Source: Ostrea edulis (lineage: Eukaryota). Taken from it: 64,000 nucleotides of DNA. The notes under the pieces were generated by a model. The model ran no database searches. It saw nothing but the letters and a program-made list of their open reading frames with translations, and had not been told where the DNA came from. Numbering within the stretch: the stretch's first letter is position 1; each line of letters begins with the position of its first letter. Below, piece by piece: positions 51,138 through 63,600 of this stretch. The stretch spans positions 13,578,001 to 13,642,000 of the forward strand of contig NC_079166.1 in NCBI RefSeq assembly GCF_947568905.1, read 5' to 3'. Both the position numbers and the translations under genes were made by a program.

Positions 51138-54100
51138 ATGGTTGATTTTGTGGGTCGTGTGAAGGAGATAGATAATATTACTGACATCTTATGCTCCCCT
51201 TCATCTACAAAAAGTGCCGTCATTTTGTATGGAATGAAAGCAGTAGGCAAATCCTCGGTAGCTCGAGAAGTTTGCAAGAGTATCGAGGATTTGGAAGTAC
51301 ACTGGGTGGACTTAACACATATTGGAGAGGCAATCAAAATTCTTGAACCTTTAGTGATCACGATTCTAAACGAAAATCATCTAATTATCGATGAAGAGAA
51401 CGTCGATGATTTATTTGATGACTTGCTGGAAAGACTATGTTGCAGACTTACAGGGCCCGAGAAAAAACACCTCATTGTATTTGACAATATGGATGACGTA
51501 TTAGAAAGAAAATTGTCAACGTACATGACAAAGATGATTCATACCCTTGCTTGTGTTGATGGCGTACGAATCTTGGCTACATCAACGATAAAACTTGAAA
51601 TCAATCATCCTTATGTACTGGAAATGGTACTAGAACCATTATCAATCAAAGACTCTCAAAACCTGCTTCATAAACTTTGCCCCTTCTTGAAACGGAATGA
51701 AATGTTTTACAAAGTAATAGACCTGTGTGAAGGGTTACCACTTGTTCTTAAAATGACAGCGAGTGAAATTGATGCAGGGGAGCTCACCGTGGATGAAATA
51801 GTGTGTTTACTGAGTCAGTGTCGACTGAAATTTCTCAGCCAGGAGTTTTATCCAAGTACAGACAGATTAGGTAAAAAGTTATCCAAAAGCGCAGCAAACT
51901 GCACTATATGTTAACACGAATGAGTAGAGAGATACTATGTTAACACAAACGAGTAGAGATGTACTATGTTAAAATGGGTGTATCTTTTGCAGGACCAGTG
52001 TATCTCGCTTTTTTACGACGACTCTCAAAACCTCTGCAAGATAAATTGTCCATGATCAATTATATCCCAGGTACCTTTGATGAAAAGGAAGCTGTAGGAA
52101 TGATGGGTAAGTTTTATGAATTTTATGGGTAAGCTTTTAGGAATGGTGGGTAAAGTTTTAGAAATGTTGGGTAAATTTTTAGGAATGATCGATACGTTTT
52201 AGGAATGATGGGTAAACTTTTAGGAATGATGTGTAAGCTTCCAAATTGTCCACCATGAAACACAAGATATTTTACATTTGTCCAAGTGTCATTAATGTAT
52301 CTTAAAAATCAGGACGTGAAGACTCCTCCACTACTGGGCACCTGGAAGCAGCAATAAAACATCATGTTATTCACAAGTACGGAATTCACAAAAGATTGGA
52401 CATTCATGGAATTTTACGAGATTGCATATCCGAGTTCATGACAATCAAGAACCTACCATGTATGTACAGCTTGAATGAAGTCGTTCAATGAATCTCAAGT
52501 AAATTACTTTTAATTCAGTTATTGAAAAACCTTAAGCAGATGATGTTCTATAATAATAGCGTTGAGGTGCATATATACTTTCAGTGGTACGTACTAGATT
52601 TTGTAAGGTATTTTCTGAGATCCTTCGGGAGTTGGATGAAAAGTCTCGTACCTCTGACTACCAGGTGGCGCTCTGTCGATTGAATCAGGAGCAGCAGAAC
52701 TTCAATAAGCTGTTTAAAGATGTCTTCCACTGCACTAGCGACACCTATCACATTTTTGTCAACATTGCCTCCTATCAATATAACATGTCCACGTCAGCTT
52801 TTATGTTTAATTCACCTGATTCATATGGTAAAATATCCTTATCATATTTCATTTAAGAAACTTTTATTCATTTTTATATCTATTCTACAATTTTCCGTCT
52901 TGCCTTCATATTAATATCTACACACCATGTTTCTTCTGACAGAAATGGGGATGGTTTTCTACGAAGAATGTTTACGCCTAACTCGAAAACACGGGAATGA
53001 TTATGACACATCAAAAGTACTTAATGGTTTAGGACGTGTGGTGACAAATATAAAGGTATATCTTCGTATTCTCTGATATTTCAAATTGCAAGTTTATTTT
53101 AGAATTCATCCCACAATCAAAAGTAAGAATATGTATTGGTATATACGTGTATTCTGGTTTACTTCATTATAATAAGAAAGGAATATTACGGGACACGAAC
53201 GAACTAAAAATTTCGACCTATTCCTTTCATCTGGGATGAAATCAATTAGTTTACGTTGAATGAGGTGTTGTATTTTGCCATTATAGATACCTGAACGATG
53301 TCAGTTTGGAAATATATTTTATTTAATCATTAGTACATATGTACCTTTAAAATAGGAATATATCTGGTAATTTATAATGAGGAAAGTGAAAACAGTGACA
53401 TCTCGACCCTCTTACCTTCCCAAAAAAAAGGAGAGATGTGACAGAAATCTCACAATTATTCTACAAACATGTCGCTTAATGTTTTGACTGGGGTATATGT
53501 AATGCATGTACAGTGCATTAACATCACTTTAGTGAGTTGTGTATATTTTAGCCATTTATTGTTGTAATTCATGGACATGTTGAGCCAAATTACATTTGTT
53601 ATTTCCCTGATTAAACTAAAGATACATTGCACGTGTTCAATCAAGAAGGAAATGTTGCTGGTTTTTGATAATTGTTACCAAAATACGTGTTTATATAAAA
53701 AAATCTTATTCATACTTTTCCTGAATGAATTTTTAATATTTACTCACTCTTGTATTTTGAGGTTAAATCATATTAAACATAAAAAACCCACGACCAGCAA
53801 AAAACAATCACATGATTAAAAGATTTAACAATTTATTTACTATTATTTACAGAAAAATATATCAATAAAAAGATATTGACTTACACAAAATAAAGATCAC
53901 AAAGCAGTGTCCCTTGTTTGTTCACCGCTAAGCTGAATTTACACACGAGAATAAGGCTGTTTATAGCACCGTTGAAATCGGCCGCAAAATCGTTCACCAG
54001 TAATGTAATATCCAATGTAATTCTTTAGAGTGCTTATTACCATAAAATTACTGTCTATAACATAACGTACCTTTGTATTGAACTTTCACCATTCTACAAA

Positions 54101-54968
54101 TAGAATGTCTTTTCCAGAGGCTTATCTAGATTACATGCGTCAATGAATAACATCAAGTACAAATGTATTATACAACAATAGAAACTTCATATTCTACACA
54201 ATACTTTGATAGAATAACTTATCAGCAAAATATATTTTAAGTTGAAATAGTAGTGATGAGAATTGGTGAGAATTTCATAATCGATGATTGATTTACTGTA
54301 ACTAACTAATCATCGATTATTATCGGACATAGAGAAATTCTATAATACAAGTCATTTAAGGTAGGTAAATACTATTAGAAATTTCTGTCAATCAAATATT
54401 TTTTTCATTTAAATAACTTTAACAACTCATAAACTAACTAAAAAGCCCATATAAGACATACCTTTGCAGGTTTATTTTTATACTATGTGCTACAGAGCAC
54501 ATATACCCCCAAACGTAAAAGCCAAATTCTAACACAAGAATGCCTTATCTCATGTTTTATTAAAAATATGCACCAAAGCACATCATATTAAGCTATAATA
54601 TATAAAAACCAATAGGTATTCATTTACTGAGATAATTTTTAAAGATATTCAATTGAAAACATACATAATTGCTGTTTAATCTGCTCACATCTTTCAGAAA
54701 AAAATCACAGAATATTGCAATTTTGAAAAATTCTCAAAATCTAAATGGTTTACATGCCAGTTTTTTTTAAAAAAATATTTAGAATTATATCTAAGGTTAA
54801 CAAAAAACATATTTTACCATAGTTGACCAGAGATATTTTGCAAAATGGTCTCTTGAATATGTAAACCCCCATTTTTAAATTTAAGTTTTACAATTATTCT
54901 TTGCACACTTTGAAAATAGTAAATTGTAACAGCAAATACAGTCTTAAAATCAAGATTAACAGAATATG

Positions 54969-55016
<48 letters not shown>

Positions 55017-58000
55017 ACTGAAAATTTTGTCCTACCAGACAATTAGAACACAAGGAGTGGGGGGGGGGGTGCACCCCACCCCTTCCTTTTTCTCACAATT
55101 GTTTTGGTGTGTGTGTTATTCTTTTTTTGTTTGTCCATCAATCATATATTACATAAAAATACATACATGCTATCTCATACTTATAGAAAAAATAAATATA
55201 GTGTAACATATGTGTAGATTCTAGCAACTACAGCTCATGTACAAATAATTTTGTTTCTTGAAAGTACTTGTGAAGAACAGTTCAAATATTCAACAACTTT
55301 GCTGATGATTTTCTGAGGATTTATAATTCTTGGTTTCTTTGAACCAAACACACTCCCTAAAATTCAGTTTGAATTCCACTGTGAGGATCACTCCTATGTA
55401 TGATTTTTAACTTGTTCAGGCTTAGATTGCAAGCTATGAGCCGTTTAAGCCTATGAGCCTTTCAATGTAGATATTACATTGCTTTGTAACATTGGAGCTA
55501 GTGAGGACTTCACACTATAATAATTCATGGTAAATATATCTAAGATTCACATTTGAATGCTAAATGTGACTCGTACATACAGTTCTCGTAAACTACAAAC
55601 ATCAAACAAAAAAGTTATAACTGGAACTTTCTAGTCGGTGTTTAAAATTTAAAACCGGATACGTAAAAGCACGGACTTTCCTAAACTAGTGAACAAATGT
55701 AAATAAATATTATCTATGTTTATATTTGTTGTTTCTATTGCTGAGAGAGTGTAAATGAATATTTTCTGTTTATATTTCTTATTCATTTACTATCTTAATA
55801 TCCTTTAATTACAGTTATAAAAGTCAATACGATTTTATCGGGTATGAATACTTTCACTTTCATGCGCGCCGCCATTACAATAAACAAAACTTTTAGGTTA
55901 ATAAATCGGTGACGGAGGAATATTCTTCAAATCCTACAGTCCTTGAGAAAACAAAATCTAAACACCGATTAACTGGAATAAAATTTTCATAATCGAGCGC
56001 TTAGAATTTGCCAACAATCGACTGATTTTCGATTATAATCGATGATTGCAACACCACTATGAAATAGACAGCTGTATACATTTCCTATGCAGTACTATCA
56101 TATCGGTAATTAGGACAAGGAACCTAAAAAGGACCCATAATATAAGTCTAATCTTAAAATATATACTTTACATTATCGTTGAACAACATTTAAATTTATA
56201 TCACTGTTCGTTTTCTTCATTTTTTCATCAAACAAATTGTAAAGCAAGTTGTATGTTCAGAAATCGCACTCGTTAAATTCATGACATTACATCATTACAT
56301 GACTTGTTTCATACCAATTGTTAGGCCGTTCTTGGCACACTAATTTTGACTACGGATAACTCCGTTTCCTTGATCAAGATAGACGGCTCACGACGGGTGT
56401 GACCGGTCGACAAGGGATGATTACTCCCCCCTAAGCACCTGATCCCACCTATGGTATATCCAAGGGTCCGTGTTTGCCCAACTATCAATTTTGTATTGCT
56501 TATAGGAGTGATGAGATTGATTACTGTTCATCAAAGATGCAAATTGCATCTCTCAATCGTCGATCAAATTTCCTAACACAATTTCATTTTGTTTCTGACA
56601 TGCTATATAAATACATGTATTTAACTTGTCATTGGTACATCAGGGAGACCACGTTCTTGGTGAGCGCCATTACAGGGAAGCCTTACGTATCAGACAGCGA
56701 CATCACAAACAACAGGACTACTTCCTGGCGTTCCTGTATCAGAGCCTGGGTTGGAACCTAGGATGCCAGGGGAAAACACTTGATGCTATATTGTAAGTAA
56801 TAGAATAAAAGTTATTGTAAGTAAGTGATAGAATATAAGTAATTGTAAGCAATATATTTTAGTGTTTATAAGTTAATAAGATATAAGTAATTGTAAGCTT
56901 TAATACTTTTATTTCAATAAAGATTAAGTGTGAGAAAATTATGTCATATTATCAAATTCGTATGTATCAATTTCATATGATTTTAGGCTATTTCTTTATT
57001 TAGTGATACAAGGTGTCGTTTTCTAAATTTAGACCTAATTGACACGGGTCATGCACTTGTTGATCTATTGATAGGTTCCTCGAGAAAGCCCTTAAGATTG
57101 AACTGGAACTTGGGATGTACACAGAAAATCTAATCTTGAATACACTTCAGACGCTAGCTCTCTTTCATCTGGATTTAGGTATCGTGTAATGAATTGAAAT
57201 ACATATACAAAAAACAGAATGCAAGTCAGAGTAGACTGAAAAAATAGTGCATGATTATGTGAAAATGACATAATCGTTTGAACTGATAATAAATTTGACC
57301 AGATTATATCACTTTTAATGTTTTTGAAGATCATATAGACGATGGTGAAAAGTACCAAATGGAAGCTTTTCGACGCAGACGACTGGCCATAGGGACAGAC
57401 ATGCACCCAATCATGGGTTCCATGATGAACAATGTTGGTGAAATGTATGAAAAGAAGGGTGATTTTGAAGAAGCAGAAAGCTATTTTCGACGTGGACTAG
57501 AAATAAAAACGCATACGAACGCTGCAGTGAAAAGTATAGTGTTATCGGAAATAAACTTGGCAAACCTACTGACGGATACCGGACGGGCAGACGACGCCCT
57601 GGATGTCCTGCATTGTAGCATGAATCGGATGGGAAAATTCAGTGGTATCTTTGAAGATACACAATCTCTTGTTCATGAAAGTTTTGGTAGAGCATTTAGG
57701 GAAAAAGGAAAATATAGATTAGCCATGAAATCTTTTCGAGACGCCATTGGCCGTCATGGCGACAGTTGTGCACGTGATTTCGGGGTAATTGGTCTGCAGT
57801 GTCGATTGGCGGAGAGCCTAACATGTCTTCACAAATACAAAGAAGTAATAAATGTAATCAAATATTCTTTAAACCAGAAGGATGCTGCAATTAAGCACAA
57901 TCCGTCATCATTGGTAGTGCTTCGTTGTTACAAAATCCTCAGAAACGCACAGATTGAATCCGACTGCATCTGGGATGCGCGAGAATCATACAAGAAAGGA

Positions 58001-58147
58001 TATATAGAATTCATACGCTTAAAAAACTTATTTGAAAATCTCGATAACGAGAATTGTCTTTTTAAACTTCAGACTGAATGGGATATTGTACAAGCTAATG
58101 ATGTTTTAGAGAATGATATTGTTCATGTACACTCTATGTTCCTATAG
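51138..58147 (+). CDS. NB-ARC/STAND ATPase with winged helix and C-terminal TPR array (NLR-like), copy B, intact, 806 aa
   Basis: Exons 51138-51870, 51993-52106, 52313-52459, 52585-52827, 52943-53055, 56644-56792, 57075-57178 and 57330-58147 total 2421 nt = 807 codons with no internal stop. Motifs: Walker A GMKAVGKS, Walker B IVFDNMDD, GLPL, DIHGILR, and TPRs such as HPIMGSMMNNVGEMYEKKGDFEEAESYFRRGLEI. Confidence 0.9.
54251..56059. mobile_element. The same hAT MITE in copy B, interrupted by a nested insertion
   Basis: TSD TGAAATAG at 54243-54250 and 56060-56067. Confidence 0.8.
54360..55681. mobile_element. Nested 1.32-kb insertion at a TTAA site (Kolobok-like), contains (TA)n at 54972-55010
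   Basis: Absent from copy A, which has a single TTAA. Flanked by TTAA (54356-54359) and TAAA (55682-55685). TIRs are weak. Confidence 0.55.
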
Positions 58148-58426
58148 CCATAAGAACTGGGGACAGAAACGACAAATTTTCTGTCAAATGCTAGGCAAAA
58201 CTTGAACCAAGTTAATTCCCAATGGTTGATCTTTTGCGTTTAAGCCACGAATAATGCATGTATGAAAACAAGCGTTTTTTTGCAAGTTCTATATGTTTCT
58301 TATGTCGTTTTGATGTCATGAATTACATCATTGCTCTTAGAGTGTTGCAATTAAAACCAGGAAGACATTTTCCAACAGCTATTTGACATTTTAACTGCAT
58401 GCACGCACGATAATCATCAATCTCCA

Positions 58427-58625
58427 TCGTGGATTTCCCATATTTGTACAGCAATATTTCAATATCACTCGCAGATGGTTTTTATGCCTCTCAGCTGATT
58501 CGATACGCAAGAGCTTGTGCGTATGACCAGTTTTTAAATCGAGGCAGGCTACTGACAAATATATTGATGTTACAGGTATTTGAACAGTCTCGTTTAAAGT
58601 CAGCCTTTCGCCAGTTCAATGGCCG
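58427..58625 (+). mobile_element. Penelope-like retroelement ORF fragment (C-terminal to RT)
   Basis: IVDFPYLYSNISISLADGFYASQLIRYARACAYDQFLNRGRLLTNILMLQVFEQSRLKSAFRQFNGR. Confidence 0.7.
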
Positions 58626-58799
58626 TACACTGTTGCTCGAGAACTAGCACTACGACCCTACTTTTTTCGTTTTGATTTCATAATTCTCTGTCCATGTATA
58701 AATCAATGATATACTTCCAAAAATGACAATACTACAAAACTTAGGAGCGAATCTCTATAATTGGTACTTTGGTATTGTTTCAAATAAAAAGAGATACAG

Positions 58800-59130
58800 T
58801 ATTCAAAATGTAGTAGTTTCAATCTTGCTTCAACATAAAAAAGTTCAACTTTGAAGAAATGTTGCATTTTGAACATTGAAAAAATAGTCCTGATTTTCAA
58901 TTTTGTTTCAACGTAGAAAAACTGCTGTAATAGCAACGGAAAATTATGTTGCATCTTCAACGTTGTTTCAGCGTTGAAAAGTTTCTTAAAGCAAAGTCAA
59001 CGTTGAAACTATAATGTTGGATCAACATGAAACTGACTGGTTGTTCGCTATTTCAACCATGATTCAATGTATTCTCATAGTTGAGATATGTTTTGTATCA
59101 AAGCTCTTTATTGCACATAGGTAACATTTG
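58800..59130. repeat. Repeat-rich segment with recurring TTCAAC/GTTGAA palindromic motifs, probable decayed MITE
   Basis: Multiple CAACGTTG-type motifs; termini not resolved. Confidence 0.35.
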
Positions 59131-59589
59131 GAAAGGAAACCCAATTGCTTCACACCATAGAAACGTAGAATATTCAATCATCGGTTCAGCGATGAACAAC
59201 ATAGCTCTAAGGTACAAAACCTTTAAAATGTTTTTAAACATTTCTAAACGGAGTTGAGATTAATCTAAGAATTAAAACCATTACATAAAATCTAAATAAA
59301 ATAGGGAATCCCGAAAAAGCCAGCCAGAACCTTTTGGAGAATAGTTTTTGGATATTTTGAAAATATACCCGATTTCCTCCTAAGATTTGAACCCTGTTTT
59401 ATGTCACACGTTTGAGGATATTAAGATGTGAGAATCACAGAATGAAAAGTGATAAATTTTAGAAGGGGGATTTCAGCCTTTGATCTTGATATGTAAGCAT
59501 CGGCATGTTGAATTCAAAGATTGATTAATACATGATTTGCAGGTAATGTTGTATAATGAAAATGAGTAAAACTAAATATGTCGGCTTAT

Positions 59590-59885
59590 TCAGCATTTCC
59601 TTTCCTTTATGCCTATCGCTCTTCTCGAAGCATAGGCCGTCGAAAAGAGTCCGCCAAATCCTCGGTCCTGGACTGCCCTCTCCAGCTGTTTCCAGGCGTG
59701 CCCATCTTCTTGACGTCTGCCTCAAGGTCGCGCCACCAGGTGTTTCTTGGCCGTCCTCTCTTCCGTTGTTACTGGAGATTCCACGAGAGAACGTCCGTCT
59801 GGTGATGTTATTGGCTGGTTTCCTCAGGGTGTGCCCAATCTATCCACATTTTCTCATTAAGCTTTTACTGTCTTACAAGTCATTT
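59590..59885 (-). mobile_element. 3' end of an RTE-clade LINE ORF, frameshifted
   Basis: The minus strand reads IGHTLRKPANNITRR..WNLQ*QRKRGRPRNTWWRDLEADVKKMG..WKQLERAVQDRG..RTLFDGLC, the typical RTE C-terminus. Confidence 0.8.
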
Positions 59886-60684
59886 CAGTAATAGCGAGGA
59901 GTCACAGGCTAAGATGACGAGGGACAATCCTCTAATTTTTGTACCAAAGGAATGTGTCGGTATAAAATTCGATTTACCGAATATCTTCAGTTTCTTTTCG
60001 GTGGTGACGGGTTTTATTTATTTTCCAGATATCGTAGATAATTTTTAAAAAGAAATTTAAGTTAGAAAAATATGTAATCGTACTGTCCACCTCAGTTTCT
60101 GTAAATCTGAACTCCTCCGTTGTAGACAATTTTCGCGGTTTTTACCAGTTCACTCTTTCTTTACCGAATTCCCTGCGGTGTTTTGACAGCTGATACAACG
60201 TGCAACCCATATTTATAGATGTCAGCTACCTACCTGTATGGCCTATTATCTGTCACCCAGCTCCTTTCCAATACATTTCATTTGTCGACTATCTTTCACG
60301 ATGTTTGATATTATCATAGGAAACTATTTCAGTAGTTTTCATAATACACAGAGTTTTGTCAAATATAAAATTTTAATTTTTCGAAATGTTTGACAGGTAA
60401 TCGATACTTCCATGGGCCTTGCCGCTTCAGTTATCAATGATACAAAGATGAAAAATAGGTAATTTGAGATGATTATTTTGTGGCGCTTTGAAATAAATAA
60501 TCGTTATCAGTATGTACTCAGTTTTATTTTCATATAACTGTTAAGTGGCATACCCTTGAATGAAGTTCGAGCAAAATAAATATTACGAATACTTAACTTC
60601 TCTCACATGAAGTACATACCGATAAGATTTTATCAGTTTGAATAAAACCGGAAACACCGCAGTTTTCCTTGCTGTGTTGCTACA

Positions 60685-63600
60685 ATGGCCAATTTTATAG
60701 GTCGAAAATCTGAATTAACAGATTTGACAGCAAAACTCGGACAATGTGATATAGTTGTCGTTCATGGATTGAAAGGCGTTGGAAAATCATCTTTAGCAAG
60801 AGAATACTGTAAGCACATCGAACGACCTTACTTTTGGATTGACCTCCGAAACATCACTGATTCTGATGAAATTCTGCAGTCGCTTGTCAGACATTTTATA
60901 CAGGAGGCAATCGGAGTTGATGACCCTAGAGAATTGCTAAGTGTCGTATGTGAAAATATTGTAAGAAGGAGACTCGATTTAGTCATTATATTTGACAACG
61001 CAGAGGATATATTTAAAACCGAAGAGGATATTTTGTGTGTAGACATTTTACTTTCACTTTCACAATTGAAAAATACTAAGGTGTTGGTGACATCAACCAC
61101 CAGGTTTCCCACGAAAACTATTGATTGTGAGGAGTTTTTATTGAAGGAACTGTCTTTTCAGGATTCCTTTGATCTATTAAAGAGTATCTGTCCAAATCTG
61201 AAGGACACAGAAAAAATAGCAAAGATTGTTGAGCTTTGTGAAGGTCTTCCTCTGGCATTGCTTCTGACCGGTGGGGAAATAGAGGACAACTCACTGAGTG
61301 TAGACGAAATTATATATCTACTTAGTCACCACAGACTTAAGATATTGAGTTCTGAATGCTACACACAAGATGAGCAAATCGGTATGTTTATCTATAGGCA
61401 GAGAGATTAAAGGTATTCAATGTATAACGAAAAGATAATGACCAATTTTGAAGAATTTAAATCAACGTAAATGATTATTGCTTATTAATGATGAAAGTGA
61501 AGTAGGTGAAAATGATTAGAAGCCGATCATTTTGCAGTTGAGACCATTTTTAAAGAGTAATCTGCCCTTTGTAAAAATAAAAATCTATTTTTTCTAAACA
61601 TTTGTGTGGTAAATGATTAATTCAATTTAATGTATTCATAAAGATAAAGTGTATGTAATTTTTCACAAAGAGATCTGAATGAAAATTTAATTTCTTTGAA
61701 AAATATTTTAATAAAACACGCTCTTCCCATTGAATTTATTGTTAAATTCTAAGTGAAATAAATCAAGCAGTAAACAAAATTTTGAAAATTACCATAGTGG
61801 ATTATTTTTATTTGATGAACCCTTCAAATGATACCATGGTTACAAACATTTCACCATCCATTTACTAGATAAGACATATGGTCAATATACATTGAATACC
61901 TTAAAACATTAAGACAATAGATAAGTAACTTGTGTCTAGATTGTACTTTGGCAGTTTGTTTACCATGCCTGATTCAAAGTGTCATGATTCATTCTAAAGC
62001 ATATTTAAAATAAATGTGAGATTATGCATGTCTGACGGAAATGATCTTAAATGCTTTATTCTAATTTTAGAACCCATTTATAAAGGCTTCTTGGACAGAC
62101 TTCCCAAAGATTTGGAAGAAAAATTAACAATTGTGAATTACATTCCAGGCACATTTGATTTAGAAGAGGCGGTGGATATATTGGGTAATGGGTGACTATT
62201 GCATTATCTTATTTTGTTGTAAACAATAATATTTTCATTTGTTTATTTGCATATTAAACCCAAATAAGTCAAGCAAAGTCAGTGATTAAGTCTTAAATTT
62301 TGAAATTTTTAGGGTCTGGTGAAGACGAGTCACATGACACACTGCAGACATTTTTACATCGTCATTTGATTACACAAGTTTCAGACAAAAGATTCGATAT
62401 CCATGGAATTTTGAGAGATTGCATGAAGGAATATTTGAAAATCAAAGATATCAAAGGTACGTAAGGGTGTTTAGGAAATTCCTGGCAAACATTTTTGTCA
62501 TGAGTAGGACTAGTGGAAACGGCAGTATGATTCTGTATATTACGATTAAATGAAATATTCATTGATCGACGAAAACTCGTTAGGAGAGGGGATTCTTATG
62601 AACAATTCTCAAACTCGAAAATAAGTTGGTTGCAAGTACATCTTTCATTACCTTAAGTTATAAAAATCATAATGTTGATCCGAGGATTCAAACTTTTATA
62701 CAGTAAGATGAAAGACGAAGATAACAAACAGTGATCAATCTCATAACTCCTATAAGCAATACAAAATAGAGATTTGGGCAGAGATGGACCCCTGGACGCA
62801 CCAGAGCATGCACATTTAATGCCATCCAATAAAAAGCACTGAAATTGAGAAACACAATTACTCAATAGATGTTGATGGCTAATTCTAGTAAGAATTTTAT
62901 CTAACTTGCACACAAGTAATGGCAAAGTACTCAAAAACACAGGCGACCGCCGACTTCAAACATGGATTCCGAAGTAAATTAAATTGTAAAACAAACTGTT
63001 CAGCTCACTCTATGCATTAATGTAACAACGGATAATACTTATAAAGGATTAAGTTCTGACTTCAAAATAGATAACAAAACAGATTAAAATCAGAATCACC
63101 GAGTATATGTATTTAAATATAACAAAATATCCAAATAACAATGAAAATGAGTTATTACTACTACGACAATGTTTGTCTGATACAGTTGACAAGAAGGTTT
63201 AGTTATACATATTTTCTGTAAATATAGAATTGCGAAATGCTGATTTTAATAAACGAGATTGTTGGAACCCCTGTATCATCAACATCAACTTCTTTGTCAG
63301 TAGCCTGCTTCGATTTAAAATCTGACCATTCGCAGAACAAGCTCTTGCGTATCGAATCAGATTAGAGATGTAAACACCATATGCAGGTGATAATGTAATA
63401 TTGCTACATGAATATGGGAAGTTGACGATGGAGAAGTTGAAATCATCCCGTTTGTCATAGATGTTTACTTATAATTACAGAGTGACATAAAAAGCGATAC
63501 CGTGCATTTAGTAAATATGTCGGAAATGTATGGTAATTTTTGTCGTGGTTTGAAATGTTTTGGGGATTTTCATGAAAGGTGAAGATAAGGAATAGTGCTC

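Larger units (their letters stand above)
40213..58213 (+). repeat. Head-to-tail segmental duplication: unit 1 about 40213-47798, unit 2 about 47793-58213
   Basis: Colinear near-identity across upstream region, exons, introns and 3' flank. Junction at ACCAAGTT|GCATGAAATACAGC. Confidence 0.92.
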
